Shown: positions 21,256-30,695, numbered from the stretch's first letter. The stretch: DNA of 34,657 nt from Brevibacterium luteolum (GCF_013004595.1 NZ_JABEMC010000004.1:248001-282657), one strand, 5' to 3'. Made by a program: numbers and translations. Notes: a model not told the origin generated them from the letters alone.

Positions 21256-22100
21256 CAGTGCACTCGTGCCCAGGCGTCGAGCTCGCGCAGTCCCGGGGTG
21301 CTTTCGATGATCTCGGTGAAGGAGACCTTCTCGCTGGCCAGGGTCAGGCCGGCCAGCAGGGCGAGGCTGAGGGCGAGTTCGGTGCGGGAGGCGTCGAGGG
21401 CGGCGGCGGTGCCGAGCAGGCTGCCGAGTGCGTTGGCGCCGGTGTCGCCGAGCATCGTGAGCCCGGCGGCGTCATCGGCGAAGGCCGCGGCGACGACGCC
21501 GAGGCTGCCGCCGGTGAGCACGAGGGCGGCGCCGCAGCCGGCGAGCAGGCCGATGCCGGCCAGTGTGGCGCTGGCTTTGAGTGCGCGGGCCGGGCGCAGG
21601 TCGAGGAGGTTGATGAGGTTGGCGGTGCCGGCGATGACGCCGCCGGCCAGCACGGCATCGGCGAGGCTGCCGGCGATCTGGGAGCCGAACAGCTCGTCGG
21701 CGTCCCGGCCGATGAGTGCGGCGACGACCGACGAGGCGGAGATGCCGAGGATTTTGAGACCGCCGGTGGTGACCTCGCCCCGGGCGAGGGCGCTCAGGTG
21801 TCCGCGCAGTCCCTTCTCGCTGCCGGATTCGGCGAAGTCGTCAACAGCGCCGAGCACCCCGGCGGCGGTGGTCGCCAGGGTGGCGGCCAGACGGTGCGGC
21901 AGCGGGTCCGCGAAAATGGCCACAGTCGTGGCGCCGACGGCAGCGGCGGGGCCTTCGATGAGGGAGACGGTCTCTCCGGCGTGGTTGGTGCGGTCGAGGC
22001 GGTCGCTGAAGCCGAGGCGGTCACGGGCGGCGATGACTCCGCGGGTGGCGGCGTAGCCTGCAACGGCGGCGACGGAGGCGGTGACGAGCGTGCGGATCAT
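21255..22100 (-). CDS. MraY/WecA-like (PNPT-type) membrane protein
   Basis: GAVDD, NLINLLDLRP and MLGDTGANALG resemble the PNPT motifs DD, NxxNxxDG and MGDxG; hydrophobic. Confidence 0.75.
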   Translation of the reverse strand: MIRTLVTASVAAVAGYAATRGVIAARDRLGFSDRLDRTNHAGETVSLIEGPAAAVGATTVAIFADPLPHRLAATLATTAAGVLGAVDDFAESGSEKGLRGHLSALARGEVTTGGLKILGISASSVVAALIGRDADELFGSQIAGSLADAVLAGGVIAGTANLINLLDLRPARALKASATLAGIGLLAGCGAALVLTGGSLGVVAAAFADDAAGLTMLGDTGANALGSLLGTAAALDASRTELALSLALLAGLTLASEKVSFTEIIESTPGLRELDAWARVH

Positions 22101-23104
22101 TTCTCTGCTCCTGGCATGATGGCGTCGGCGTTGGCGGCGAAGCCGTAGTGGCCTTCGGACGTGTCGTCGTGCAGGGCAGCGACGGTGAGTGCGTTGATGA
22201 CCGGTCCGGCACCGAGTTCGATGCTGTCGACGCTCGAGACGCCGATGTCGTTCTCGCGCACGTAGCCGACCAGGCCGCTCTCAGCACCGGCGGTGGTGCC
22301 GGCGACGACGGTCGGGGTGGCTTTGTCGAGGTCGGTGGCGAAGGCCGAGTAGGCGTTGGCCTCTGGACGCGGCGCCTCGGTGGCGCCGGCATCGCTTCGG
22401 CCTGCCTGTGCCTCGGGCACCGGCGGGGCGATGAGCACGATGACCTCAGCGGCGGCGTAGCTGCCGCCGTTGAGACGTCCGGCGGCACCGAATGCCTGGA
22501 GCACGTCCTCGGACTGCTTCTGGTCATACCGGGTGCCCTCACCGCCCTCGGGGGCGGCAGGGGCCTCGGTCGCGTCGCCGGTCGGAGCCTCGCTGGCGGC
22601 TTCCTCTTCGGCAACGCCGCCGGCAGACACGGCTGCGGCCAGCGCGGTGGTGAGCGCGGTCGCGTCGTCGTCAGGCAGGTTCGGGTCGATCGAGCGCAGC
22701 GTGTCGAGCAGATCCTCAGCGCCCTTCGGGTCGAAGGCGTCGGCGGAGAGCTCACCGCCGTCGTTGACTGAAGCACCGGCCTCGGACAGGCGGTCGCGCA
22801 CAGCGTTGACGGCGTCGGCGTTCGTGTCGGCGGCGCGCACGAGGGTCACCGGCACCTCGGGCAGCCGGTCCTTGAGGAGGTCCGGGGCGGTGGCGGCGAT
22901 GAACTCGTTGAGGTCGCTGACGTCGGTCTTCGACTGGTCGAGGTCGGTGCGCAGTTGGTCGCGGTCTGAGCGCAGTGAGTCGACCTGGCTCTGCAGGGAT
23001 TCGCCGATCGGTTCCTTCAGCGGTCCTGCGCCGAGCACGATGCCGATCGCCAGCGCGACGAACACCGAGATGAGGGACACGAGGTGGTAGCGGAAGTCGA
23101 TCAC
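22097..23104 (-). CDS. steB: SteB / MctB-family protein
   Basis: MIDFRYHLVSLISVFVALAIGIVLG, coiled coil, VSSVDSI...GHYG; coupled to steA by GTGA. Confidence 0.88.
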   Translation of the reverse strand: MIDFRYHLVSLISVFVALAIGIVLGAGPLKEPIGESLQSQVDSLRSDRDQLRTDLDQSKTDVSDLNEFIAATAPDLLKDRLPEVPVTLVRAADTNADAVNAVRDRLSEAGASVNDGGELSADAFDPKGAEDLLDTLRSIDPNLPDDDATALTTALAAAVSAGGVAEEEAASEAPTGDATEAPAAPEGGEGTRYDQKQSEDVLQAFGAAGRLNGGSYAAAEVIVLIAPPVPEAQAGRSDAGATEAPRPEANAYSAFATDLDKATPTVVAGTTAGAESGLVGYVRENDIGVSSVDSIELGAGPVINALTVAALHDDTSEGHYGFAANADAIMPGAEK

Positions 23105-24372
23105 GTCAGAGGAGGCCCTTCGTCGAGCAGATGAGTGGCGGGCAGATGGGATTCTAGCGGCAGCACGGCCAGTGCCTCAGGGGTCGGGGCCGGTGAGAAC
23201 AGGTTCTCGATCCATTGGATGAGCCCGTCGAACTGGGCGCCGATGAGCCCGAGCAGCGTCTGTCCGGCCGGGGTGGCCGACATCGCGACGAACAGCGCGA
23301 ACAGTCCAGCCAGGGCGAGGATCGTCAGCTGCCAGGAGGAGATCCGCTGCCGGTACAGCAGTGACACGCCCTTGGCGTCGAGCAGCTTCGAGCCAACACG
23401 CAGGCGGGTAAGGAATGTCGAGGCCATGCCGCGGCGGCCCTTGTCGAGGAACTCGATGAGCGTGTCGTGGGTGCCGACGGCGACGATGAGCGGGGAGCCC
23501 TTGTCATCGGCGAGCAGCATCGCGATGTCCTCGCTGGTGCCTGAGGCGGGGAAGATGACGCATTCGAGGCCGAGGTCGTGCAGCCGCTCGACACCGGGCG
23601 CTCGGCCGTCGCGGTAGGCGTGGACGACGAGTTCGGCTCCGGAGCTCAGGGCGGCGTCGGAGACGGAGTCCATGTCGCCGACGATCATGTCCGGGGAGTA
23701 GCCGGCTTCGAGGATCGCATCGGCTCCCCCGTCGACGCCGATGAGGATCGGGCGGTATTCGCGGATGTAGGTCCCCAGCATCGCGAGGTCTTCTTTGTAG
23801 TGGTAGCCGCGCACGACGATGAGCGCGTGCCGGCCGGCGAAGCTCGTGCGCACGTGCGGGACGACGAAGTCCTCCGAGAGCAGGTCGGAGTCCTTGCGGA
23901 TGTACTCGATGGTGTTCTCGACGAAGTCGACGAGCACCTTGTTCATCCCGGACTCGGCGTCCTTCATCTGCTTTTCGATGCTCAGCCGGGTGTGCACCCG
24001 CCCGTCGCCCAGGGGTGTGCCGTCGCGTTCGAGGACACCGTCGCGCAGCTGCAGTTCCTCACCTTCGGTGATGGAGTCCATGAGCTCTTCGCCGGCTTCG
24101 TCGATGAGCGGGATGCCGGCGTCGACGATGATCCCGGGCCCGAGGTTGGGGTAGCGTCCCGAGATCGACTTGACGGTGTTGACGACGGCTGCCGGGCGGC
24201 ATTCGACGAGGGCCTCAGCGGAGACGCGGTCGATGTCGGAGTGGCAGATGACGGCGATCTCACCGGGCTGGAGTCGTTTGGTGAGATCCTTCGTGCGGCG
24301 GTCGACGCGCGTCACGGCAGGACCGATCGTCAGATCGGTCTCGATGGTCTCGCGGCTCTTGCGGATCTTCAT
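23101..24372 (-). CDS. steA: Cytokinetic ring protein SteA (thiamine pyrophosphokinase-like domain)
   Basis: VDRRTKDL, ISGRYPNLGP, GVDGGADA, VGDMDS, STFLTRLRVG, C-terminal TM; directly after recN. Confidence 0.9.
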   Translation of the reverse strand: MKIRKSRETIETDLTIGPAVTRVDRRTKDLTKRLQPGEIAVICHSDIDRVSAEALVECRPAAVVNTVKSISGRYPNLGPGIIVDAGIPLIDEAGEELMDSITEGEELQLRDGVLERDGTPLGDGRVHTRLSIEKQMKDAESGMNKVLVDFVENTIEYIRKDSDLLSEDFVVPHVRTSFAGRHALIVVRGYHYKEDLAMLGTYIREYRPILIGVDGGADAILEAGYSPDMIVGDMDSVSDAALSSGAELVVHAYRDGRAPGVERLHDLGLECVIFPASGTSEDIAMLLADDKGSPLIVAVGTHDTLIEFLDKGRRGMASTFLTRLRVGSKLLDAKGVSLLYRQRISSWQLTILALAGLFALFVAMSATPAGQTLLGLIGAQFDGLIQWIENLFSPAPTPEALAVLPLESHLPATHLLDEGPPLT

Positions 24373-24399
24373 GGTGCCGCCATTGTCGCATGCGGCATG

Positions 24400-26109
24400 T
24401 CAGAACTGCGCCTTCGCCTCAGCTGCGGTGTCCATGAGTTCGACGGCATGGGCGCGTGCCGAGCCGGAGTCGGCCATCCCGCCGAGCATCCGGGCCAGCT
24501 CCTCTTCGCGTCCGGCGCGGTCGAGGGCGGTGACACCGGAGACGGCCCCGCCGGACTGGTCGTCTTTGACGACGGTGATGTGCGTATCGGCCCACGCGGC
24601 GACCTGCGCGAGGTGGGTGACGACGATGACCTGGGAGTGGGCGGCCAGGCGGGCGAGCCGGCGGCCGATCTCGATGGCGGCTTTGCCGCCGACGCCGGCG
24701 TCGACCTCGTCGAAGACGAAGGTCGGGAAGGTGTCCTTGGCGGCTTTGACGACTTCGATGGCGAGCATGACACGCGAGAGCTCACCGCCGGAGGCGAGCT
24801 TGCCGATCTCCCCGGGGGCGGCTGCGTCGTGGGCGCTGAAGAGCATCGCCACGGAATCGGTTCCGAGGCTGTGCGGGGCAGCCTCGTCGATGTCGAAGAC
24901 GATCTTGGCCCGCGGCATCGACAGGGCCGACAGCTCAGCGGAGACAGCGGTCGCGAACTCCTCTGCCGCCTGCTCGCGCAGCTCACGCAGCCGGGCTCCG
25001 GTCTCAGCGACTGCCTCGGCGGCGGCTGCCACCGCATCATCCATCCCGGCCGAGGAGCTCTCAGCGTTCTGCAGCTCCAGCAGCTCAGCCCCGGCCTGGG
25101 TCTCGAAGGCGAGCACCTCGGTGACGTCGGCGCCGAAAGCCGACAGCGACCCGAGCGCCGCCCGGCGGGCCTCGGTGTCCTCCAGGGACTGGCCTTCGAG
25201 GTCGGTGAAGGAGGCGACGTAGGCCGAGAGCTCGGTGGCGGTGTCGGTCAGCCGGATGCGCACATCGGTCAGCGCCTCGACGTGGGTCTCAAGGCTGGCG
25301 TCGGTGCGCGCGGCGCGGGTGACTTCGGCGATCGCCTGTTCGACGGCGTCGAGGGCGTTGTGGGTCTCCTGCCAGTCGCTGCCGGCGAGTGCGTCATGGG
25401 CGGTGCCGACGGCCTGCTTGAGGTCTTCGGCGGCGCCGAGCCGGGCGGCGAGGGCTTTGAGCTCCTCGTCCTCACCTTCGACCGGGCGGACCGCGTCGAT
25501 GGTCTCGAGGCTCTCGGTCAGATAGGCGATGCGGGCGGCGCGTTCGGAGGCGGTCTCACGCAGGCGGGCGGCTTCGGCTTCAAGCTCCTGCCAGCGTTTG
25601 AAGGCCTGCTGGTAGCTGGTGAGCGCATCGGCGATCGCGGTGCCGCCGTATCGGTCGAGCAGTGCGCGCTGTTTGGCAGCTGAGCGCAGGGTGATCTGCT
25701 CGGACTGGCCGTGCATGGAGACGAGCGCGTCGCCGACGTCCTTGAGCACGGCCAGCGGTACGGTGCGTCCGCCGGCTGTGGCGCGGGCGCGTCCGTCGGC
25801 GGGGATGCTGCGGGTGAGGATGGCCTCTTCGTCGGCTTCTCCCCCGGCTTCGTCGATGCGGTCGGTGAGCTGCTCGCGCGCCTCGGCCGGCTGGTCGCTT
25901 AGGTCGAAGATCCCTTCGACGATCGCCTTCTCGGCCCCGGCCCGCACGACGCGGGGTTCGGCACGCGCGCCGGTGAGCATGTCGAGGGCGGTAACGAACA
26001 TCGTCTTGCCGGCACCGGTCTCACCGGTCACGACAGTCAGACCGGCGCCGAGGTCGATGTCGGCTGCTGAGATGACGCCGAGGTTCTCGATGCGCAGACT
26101 CGAGATCAT
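24400..26109 (-). CDS. recN: DNA repair protein RecN
   Basis: TGETGAGKT, HGQSEQ, ASGGELSR, FDEVDAGVGG, VTHLAQVAA. Confidence 0.97.
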   Translation of the reverse strand: MISSLRIENLGVISAADIDLGAGLTVVTGETGAGKTMFVTALDMLTGARAEPRVVRAGAEKAIVEGIFDLSDQPAEAREQLTDRIDEAGGEADEEAILTRSIPADGRARATAGGRTVPLAVLKDVGDALVSMHGQSEQITLRSAAKQRALLDRYGGTAIADALTSYQQAFKRWQELEAEAARLRETASERAARIAYLTESLETIDAVRPVEGEDEELKALAARLGAAEDLKQAVGTAHDALAGSDWQETHNALDAVEQAIAEVTRAARTDASLETHVEALTDVRIRLTDTATELSAYVASFTDLEGQSLEDTEARRAALGSLSAFGADVTEVLAFETQAGAELLELQNAESSSAGMDDAVAAAAEAVAETGARLRELREQAAEEFATAVSAELSALSMPRAKIVFDIDEAAPHSLGTDSVAMLFSAHDAAAPGEIGKLASGGELSRVMLAIEVVKAAKDTFPTFVFDEVDAGVGGKAAIEIGRRLARLAAHSQVIVVTHLAQVAAWADTHITVVKDDQSGGAVSGVTALDRAGREEELARMLGGMADSGSARAHAVELMDTAAEAKAQF

Positions 26110-27083
26110 CGATCTCCTCGCTGCTGCTCCTCGGTGCTGACGACCGGCACGGCGTTCGTGTCAGCGGTGTGGCTGGGGCCGCGCCATCCGGTGACCGGCA
26201 GCTGGAACTTCGCGACCAGCCGGTCGGCGAACCGGCGGGCCGACAGGCGGGCGAGCGCGACCGGGGTCTTCGAGCGGCGGGCTTCGATACGGGCGCCTGC
26301 GGGCAGTTCGATCTCGTGGCGGCCGTCGCACCACAGGCCGGCGTGCATGCCCGGCTGGGAGGGCCGGAATTCGACGCCGAGGTGGGAGTCGGGGCTGACG
26401 ACGAGCGGTTTGGTGAACAGGGCGTGGGCGGAGATCGGCAGCATGAGCAGCGCTTCGACATCCGGCCATACGATCGGACCGCCGGCGGAGAAGGCGTAGG
26501 CGGTCGAGCCGGTCGGGGTGGCGAGGATGACGCCGTCGCAGCCGAAGGAGGACACCGGTCGGGAGTCGACGCCTAAGATCACGTCGATCATGCGGGTGTC
26601 TTCGCTCTTCTCGATCGTCACTTCGTTCAAGGCCCAGGTGCGGTGGATGACCCGGCCGTCGGCGATGACGCGCACGTCGAGGGCCATGCGCTCGTCGACG
26701 TCGTAATCGCGGCTGACGGCCCGGTGGACGGCGACGTCGAGGTTCTCGCGTTCGCTTTCGGCCAGGAATCCGACGTGTCCGAGATTGACGCCGAGCAGCG
26801 GGACGGTGAGGTGGCGGAACTTCTCGGCCGCACGCAGGATCGTGCCGTCGCCGCCTAAGACCATGACGAGTTCGCAGTCGCGTTCGAGGGTGTCGATGGC
26901 GTCGTCGTCGCAGACCCTCACGGGGGTGACGAGGCTGCCGATGTGGCTGAGGAGCATCTCGTAGTCGGAGGCGAGCATGACCGGCAGGATCCCATCGGAG
27001 TGCAGCGTCTGGCACACACTCAGGGCTGCTTCGCGCGAGTCGGCTCGCTGCGGGTGAAGTACGACGACGATGCTGCGATCCAC
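26106..27083 (-). CDS. ppnK: NAD kinase
   Basis: LGGDGTIL, GHVGFL, LNE, TPTGSTAY. Start moved to GTG 27083 after RBS AAGGGGAG. Confidence 0.95.
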   Translation of the reverse strand: MDRSIVVVLHPQRADSREAALSVCQTLHSDGILPVMLASDYEMLLSHIGSLVTPVRVCDDDAIDTLERDCELVMVLGGDGTILRAAEKFRHLTVPLLGVNLGHVGFLAESERENLDVAVHRAVSRDYDVDERMALDVRVIADGRVIHRTWALNEVTIEKSEDTRMIDVILGVDSRPVSSFGCDGVILATPTGSTAYAFSAGGPIVWPDVEALLMLPISAHALFTKPLVVSPDSHLGVEFRPSQPGMHAGLWCDGRHEIELPAGARIEARRSKTPVALARLSARRFADRLVAKFQLPVTGWRGPSHTADTNAVPVVSTEEQQRGDR

Positions 27084-27162
27084 GTATCTCCCCTTCCTCG
27101 TCGTCTCGACTTTCTCCGCACGTGCGCCGGGACCTGGACGGCTGCCGGCTGGCGCGCTGATC

Positions 27163-27948
27163 TCAGTCAACTGTACAAGCCTGGGAATCTGCTTGGGTGA
27201 TGTGGATGAAGAACTCGCGGTTGCCGCTGGGGCCGGGCAGCTGGGTCTCGACCCACTCGTGGACGCAGGCTCCGGCGGCTGTGGCGGCCTCAGCGACGGT
27301 GTCGATGGCGGCCTGGCGTTCGGCTGGGTCGGTGACGACTCCATGTTTGTTCACGGCGTAGCGGCCGCGTTCGAACTGGGGTTTGACCATGAGCAGCAAG
27401 GTTCCGCCGGGCCGGGTGACGGCCAACAGCGGTTCGATGAGCAGGGTCAGGGAGATGAACGACACATCGGCGACGATGAGGTCGACACCCTGTGAGTCTG
27501 CCGGCAGACCGGACAGCTGGTCGCGGGTCAGGTGCCTGAGGTTGGTGCCCTCCATGTTCGTCACGCGGTCATCGTCCCGCAGCTGGTCAGCCAGCTGGTC
27601 GTGTCCGACGTCGACGGCGTAGACGTGTGCGGCGCCGGCGGCGAGCAGCACCTGAGTGAATCCGCCGGTCGAGGCACCGGCATCGAGGCACACGGCACCA
27701 TCAGGCAAGTCTTCGAGGCCGAAGTCGCGCAGTGCACCGAGCAGTTTGTGGGCGCTGCGGGCGACCCACGGGTCCTCACCGGAGATCTCGATGACGTCGG
27801 CAGCACTGACCTTCTGGGAGGGCTTCTGCGCAGGCTGGCCGTTGACGAGCACATGGCCGGCCGCGATCTGCCGGGCCGCCCGGTTGCGGCTGGCAGCCAG
27901 CCCGCGGGTGACAAGGGCCGCGTCGATGCGCTGCAGCGGCTGGCTCAT
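27163..27948 (-). CDS. tlyA: TlyA family rRNA 2'-O-methyltransferase
   Basis: S4 domain, DAGASTGGFT, K-D-K-E tetrad (HKL, DVSFISL, VKPQFE, GNREF). Confidence 0.95.
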   Translation of the reverse strand: MSQPLQRIDAALVTRGLAASRNRAARQIAAGHVLVNGQPAQKPSQKVSAADVIEISGEDPWVARSAHKLLGALRDFGLEDLPDGAVCLDAGASTGGFTQVLLAAGAAHVYAVDVGHDQLADQLRDDDRVTNMEGTNLRHLTRDQLSGLPADSQGVDLIVADVSFISLTLLIEPLLAVTRPGGTLLLMVKPQFERGRYAVNKHGVVTDPAERQAAIDTVAEAATAAGACVHEWVETQLPGPSGNREFFIHITQADSQACTVD

Positions 27949-28121
27949 AGGGAGGACAGGCCGCGTTCCATCTCCTCGAGCAGGCGCCCGGCCTGGTCGA
28001 GGGCGGTGGCGTCATCCGCCTGGTCGATGGCGTCGACGGCTTCCTGCCAGCTGGCGGTCTCTAAGGCACCGGCGGCTGCGGCGGGGCTGGCGGCCGGGCC
28101 CAAGGCGGTGGGCTGACTCAT
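27945..28121 (-). CDS. Small hypothetical protein (58 aa)
   Basis: MSQPTALG...LLEEMERGLSSL; RBS GGAG; ATGA overlaps with both the HAD stop and the tlyA start. Confidence 0.75.
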   Translation of the reverse strand: MSQPTALGPAASPAAAAGALETASWQEAVDAIDQADDATALDQAGRLLEEMERGLSSL

Positions 28122-28981
28122 GGGTTCTCCTGGGAGTCGGTGGCCGGGCGGAAGAGCTCGGGCAGGCGGGTCAGGATGAGGTCGGGCCGGGAGCCGGGCT
28201 CGGCTGCCTCGACGTCGTCGACCTGGTGGATGCCGGTGAGCACGAGTGCGGTCGGGTAGCCGGCTGCCTTGCCGCCGGCGATGTCGGTGTCGAGCCGGTC
28301 GCCGATCATGAGCGGCCGGCGAACCCCGATCGCGGCAGCGGCCGAGGAGATCATGAGGGCTGAGGGCTTGCCGGTCACGGTCGGGGTGACCTCGGTGATG
28401 GTCTCGACGATGCGCACGAAGGAGCCGTTGCCCGGCATCGGGCCGCGGTCGGTGGGCATGCTGATGTCGCGGTTGGTCGCCCAGTAGGCGGCACCGGCGC
28501 GGATCGCCTCGCAAGCGGCGGCGAGGTCGTACCAGTTGAGTTCGCGGTGGAAGCCCTGCACAACGGCCACCGGGGTCTCAGCCGAGTCAGCGGCGATCGG
28601 GTTCAGGCCGTTGTCGCGCAGGCAGTCGGCCAGTGCCGGTGAGCCGATCGCCAGGATCGGGGCCGCAGCCGGGAACTCGGCGGCCAGCGCCCGTGCAGCG
28701 ACCTGCGCGGAGGTCGTCACCTGGTCGGCTTCGGCCGGCAGGCCGTAGGAGCGGATCTGGGCGGCGATGTCGGCTGCGCTGCGCGAGCCGTTGTTCGTCA
28801 CGAACCCGTATGCGATCCCCGCTTCGGCCAGCCGGGTGAGCGTCTCATGCGCCCCGGGCACCACCTCGGGACCGGCGTAGATGACCCCGTCGAGATCGAA
28901 CAGGACGCCATCGACGTCGCCGAGGTGGGCGGCGGCTGCCAGCAGCGGCTCACCGGTGGTCGTGGGTGCGCCTGGGTTCAT
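28118..28981 (-). CDS. HAD-IIA family hydrolase (NagD-like)
   Basis: FDLDGV, VTNN, ATNRD, GKP, IGDRLDTDI. RBS AGGAGG. Confidence 0.93.
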   Translation of the reverse strand: MNPGAPTTTGEPLLAAAAHLGDVDGVLFDLDGVIYAGPEVVPGAHETLTRLAEAGIAYGFVTNNGSRSAADIAAQIRSYGLPAEADQVTTSAQVAARALAAEFPAAAPILAIGSPALADCLRDNGLNPIAADSAETPVAVVQGFHRELNWYDLAAACEAIRAGAAYWATNRDISMPTDRGPMPGNGSFVRIVETITEVTPTVTGKPSALMISSAAAAIGVRRPLMIGDRLDTDIAGGKAAGYPTALVLTGIHQVDDVEAAEPGSRPDLILTRLPELFRPATDSQENP

Positions 28982-29023
28982 TCGGGTGCCTCCTGGTGTT
29001 GCAGACGGCTGGTGCTCACGGCC

Positions 29024-30628
29024 TCAGAAGAGGGTCTCCTCCTGCGGCGGCTCCTCTTCATCGGATGCCTGGGTGCCGGCGTCGGGTTCGATGCCGGCCT
29101 CGACGAGGATCTCCTCGAGTTCGGCTTCGATCTCGTCTTCGAACGACATCGGCGCAGCCGGCTCGGGGGCCGGTTCGTCGGCCTTCTCGGCAGCGGAGTC
29201 CGCGCCCGAGGCGTCGGCTGGCTCTGCAGATGTCTCACGTGCATCGTCAGCCGCCGGCCCGTCCGGCTGCTCGGTGTCAGCGGGCTCTCCCGGTGGCGTG
29301 TCGGCTGCTTCGTCAGCGGCAGGCGCCGCGGCCGGTTCTTCACCAGCGGAGTCGTCTGCCGTCTCAGCGTCTGCTGCGGGCTCGGCAGCGGTTTCGTCTG
29401 CGCTTTCGCCGGTGTCTTCGCTGTCGGTTTCCTCGTCGGGCAGCTCGTCGATCGTCATGATCTCGACGTCGGCGTTGGGGTCGGGCTCCTCGTCGCCGTA
29501 CATAACGTTCTTCATCTTCGCTGTCCGGCGGGCCAGCTGCTCGTACTTGTCAGCCAGTTCGATCTCACCGTCGATGCGCAGCAGATCCGCGTATGCCGAC
29601 AGCAGCCTCACGGTCGCTCCAGCCGGGTGGCCGGTGAAGCCGGCGCTGCTGAGCACGGTCTTGGCTTTCTCATTGTCGCCGAGGTCGCTGTGGGCCCCGG
29701 CCTTGACGATGAGCAGCTCGATGCGCACCGACGGGTCGAGATCGGCTGCCTCGAACTCCTCTGCGACTTCGATGGCCTTCGCCGGGTTGCCGCGGCCGCG
29801 TTCGCAGTCGGCCATGAGTGCGGCGTTGTCGTTCGAGCCGGTGATGCGGCGGTGGGTGCGCAGTTCGCGCAGCGCCTCACCGTAGTTCTCCAGCTGGTAG
29901 GCCACGATCCCGACGGCTTCGCGGACGGCGCCGATGCGGGCTGCACGGCCGAGGGCAGCCTGTGCGTGTTCGTAGGCGAGCTCGGGTGCGACGTCGACGA
30001 GCTGGCCTGCGGCAACGAGGTGCTTGGCGACGACCTCGGCGTTGGTCTTCTCCAGCGGGCGCAGCTGCCGGCGGGCCTCGGAGTGCAGCTCCTTGCCGGT
30101 GATGCCCTCGGGGATGGCCGGCTCGTGCCGGCGTTCGCGGCGGGTGCCGCCCCGCTCCCGATCATCGCGCTTGCGGTCGTCGCGGCGCTTGTCATCCCTG
30201 CGGAAGTCCTTGCCGCCACGCCGGTCGTCCCTGCGGAAGTCTTTGCCACCACGGCGATCATCGCGCCGGAAGTCGTTGCCTCCGCGGCGATCGTCACGTC
30301 GGCGATCGTCACGTCGGAATCCTTCGCCACCACGACGGTCGTCGCGACGCCGATCGTCCCGGCGGAACCCTTCGCCACCTCGGCCCCGGTCATCGCGGCG
30401 GAAGCCGTCACCACCACGGCGGCCATCGCGCCTGCGGTCATCGCGAGGACGGTCATCACGCCGCTCGTCGCGCCGGAAGTCCTTGCCACCTCGGCCGCGG
30501 TCGCCGAAGCCACGATCATCACGCTGCGAGCGGGGCTTCTGATGGTGCTTGCCGCCGCCGCGGGGACGCTGATGCCCGCCGTCGTCGCGGCGCGGGCGGT
30601 CCTGTGATTCGTCGTCAGACTTCGACAC
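29024..30628 (-). CDS. TPR-like helical protein with R/D-rich N-terminal repeats and acidic C-terminal tail
   Basis: Core NAEVVAKHLVAAG...VREAVGIVAY...ALRELRTHRRITG...MADCERGRG is typical of the actinobacterial gene upstream of HAD-tlyA. RBS GGGAG before GTG. Confidence 0.85.
   Translation of the reverse strand: MSKSDDESQDRPRRDDGGHQRPRGGGKHHQKPRSQRDDRGFGDRGRGGKDFRRDERRDDRPRDDRRRDGRRGGDGFRRDDRGRGGEGFRRDDRRRDDRRGGEGFRRDDRRRDDRRGGNDFRRDDRRGGKDFRRDDRRGGKDFRRDDKRRDDRKRDDRERGGTRRERRHEPAIPEGITGKELHSEARRQLRPLEKTNAEVVAKHLVAAGQLVDVAPELAYEHAQAALGRAARIGAVREAVGIVAYQLENYGEALRELRTHRRITGSNDNAALMADCERGRGNPAKAIEVAEEFEAADLDPSVRIELLIVKAGAHSDLGDNEKAKTVLSSAGFTGHPAGATVRLLSAYADLLRIDGEIELADKYEQLARRTAKMKNVMYGDEEPDPNADVEIMTIDELPDEETDSEDTGESADETAAEPAADAETADDSAGEEPAAAPAADEAADTPPGEPADTEQPDGPAADDARETSAEPADASGADSAAEKADEPAPEPAAPMSFEDEIEAELEEILVEAGIEPDAGTQASDEEEPPQEETLF
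30152..30490 (-). repeat. Coding tandem repeat: seven GGxxFRRD units with RRDD sub-repeats
   Basis: Read directly from the translation of 29024..30628. Confidence 0.85.
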
Positions 30629-30695
30629 TGTGCTCCCTATGTGGCTGTCGGTGAGATGCCCGCCCAGTCTATCGCCCCGGTGCGGCCGGGAAAGA

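Noticed and set aside
22097..23104. Copper transporter (MctB label)
   Set aside because: Coupling to steA supports the SteB cell-separation role; no copper-related context.
23578..25683. 701-aa plus-strand ORF, and similar ones (102..1295, 10779..12203, 12727..13887, 17054..18385)
   Set aside because: Antisense shadows of well-supported genes, expected from high-GC codon bias; no recognisable motifs.
27163..27948. TlyA as a haemolysin or virulence gene
   Set aside because: Intact methyltransferase tetrad in a core housekeeping locus.
30152..30490. Repeats as a CRISPR array (also 32558-32760)
   Set aside because: In-frame degenerate coding repeats without unique spacers; no cas genes.
28847..30607. 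586-aa antisense ORF with repeated hydrophobic units
   Set aside because: Mirror of the RRDD repeat gene; no RBS or independent family signature.
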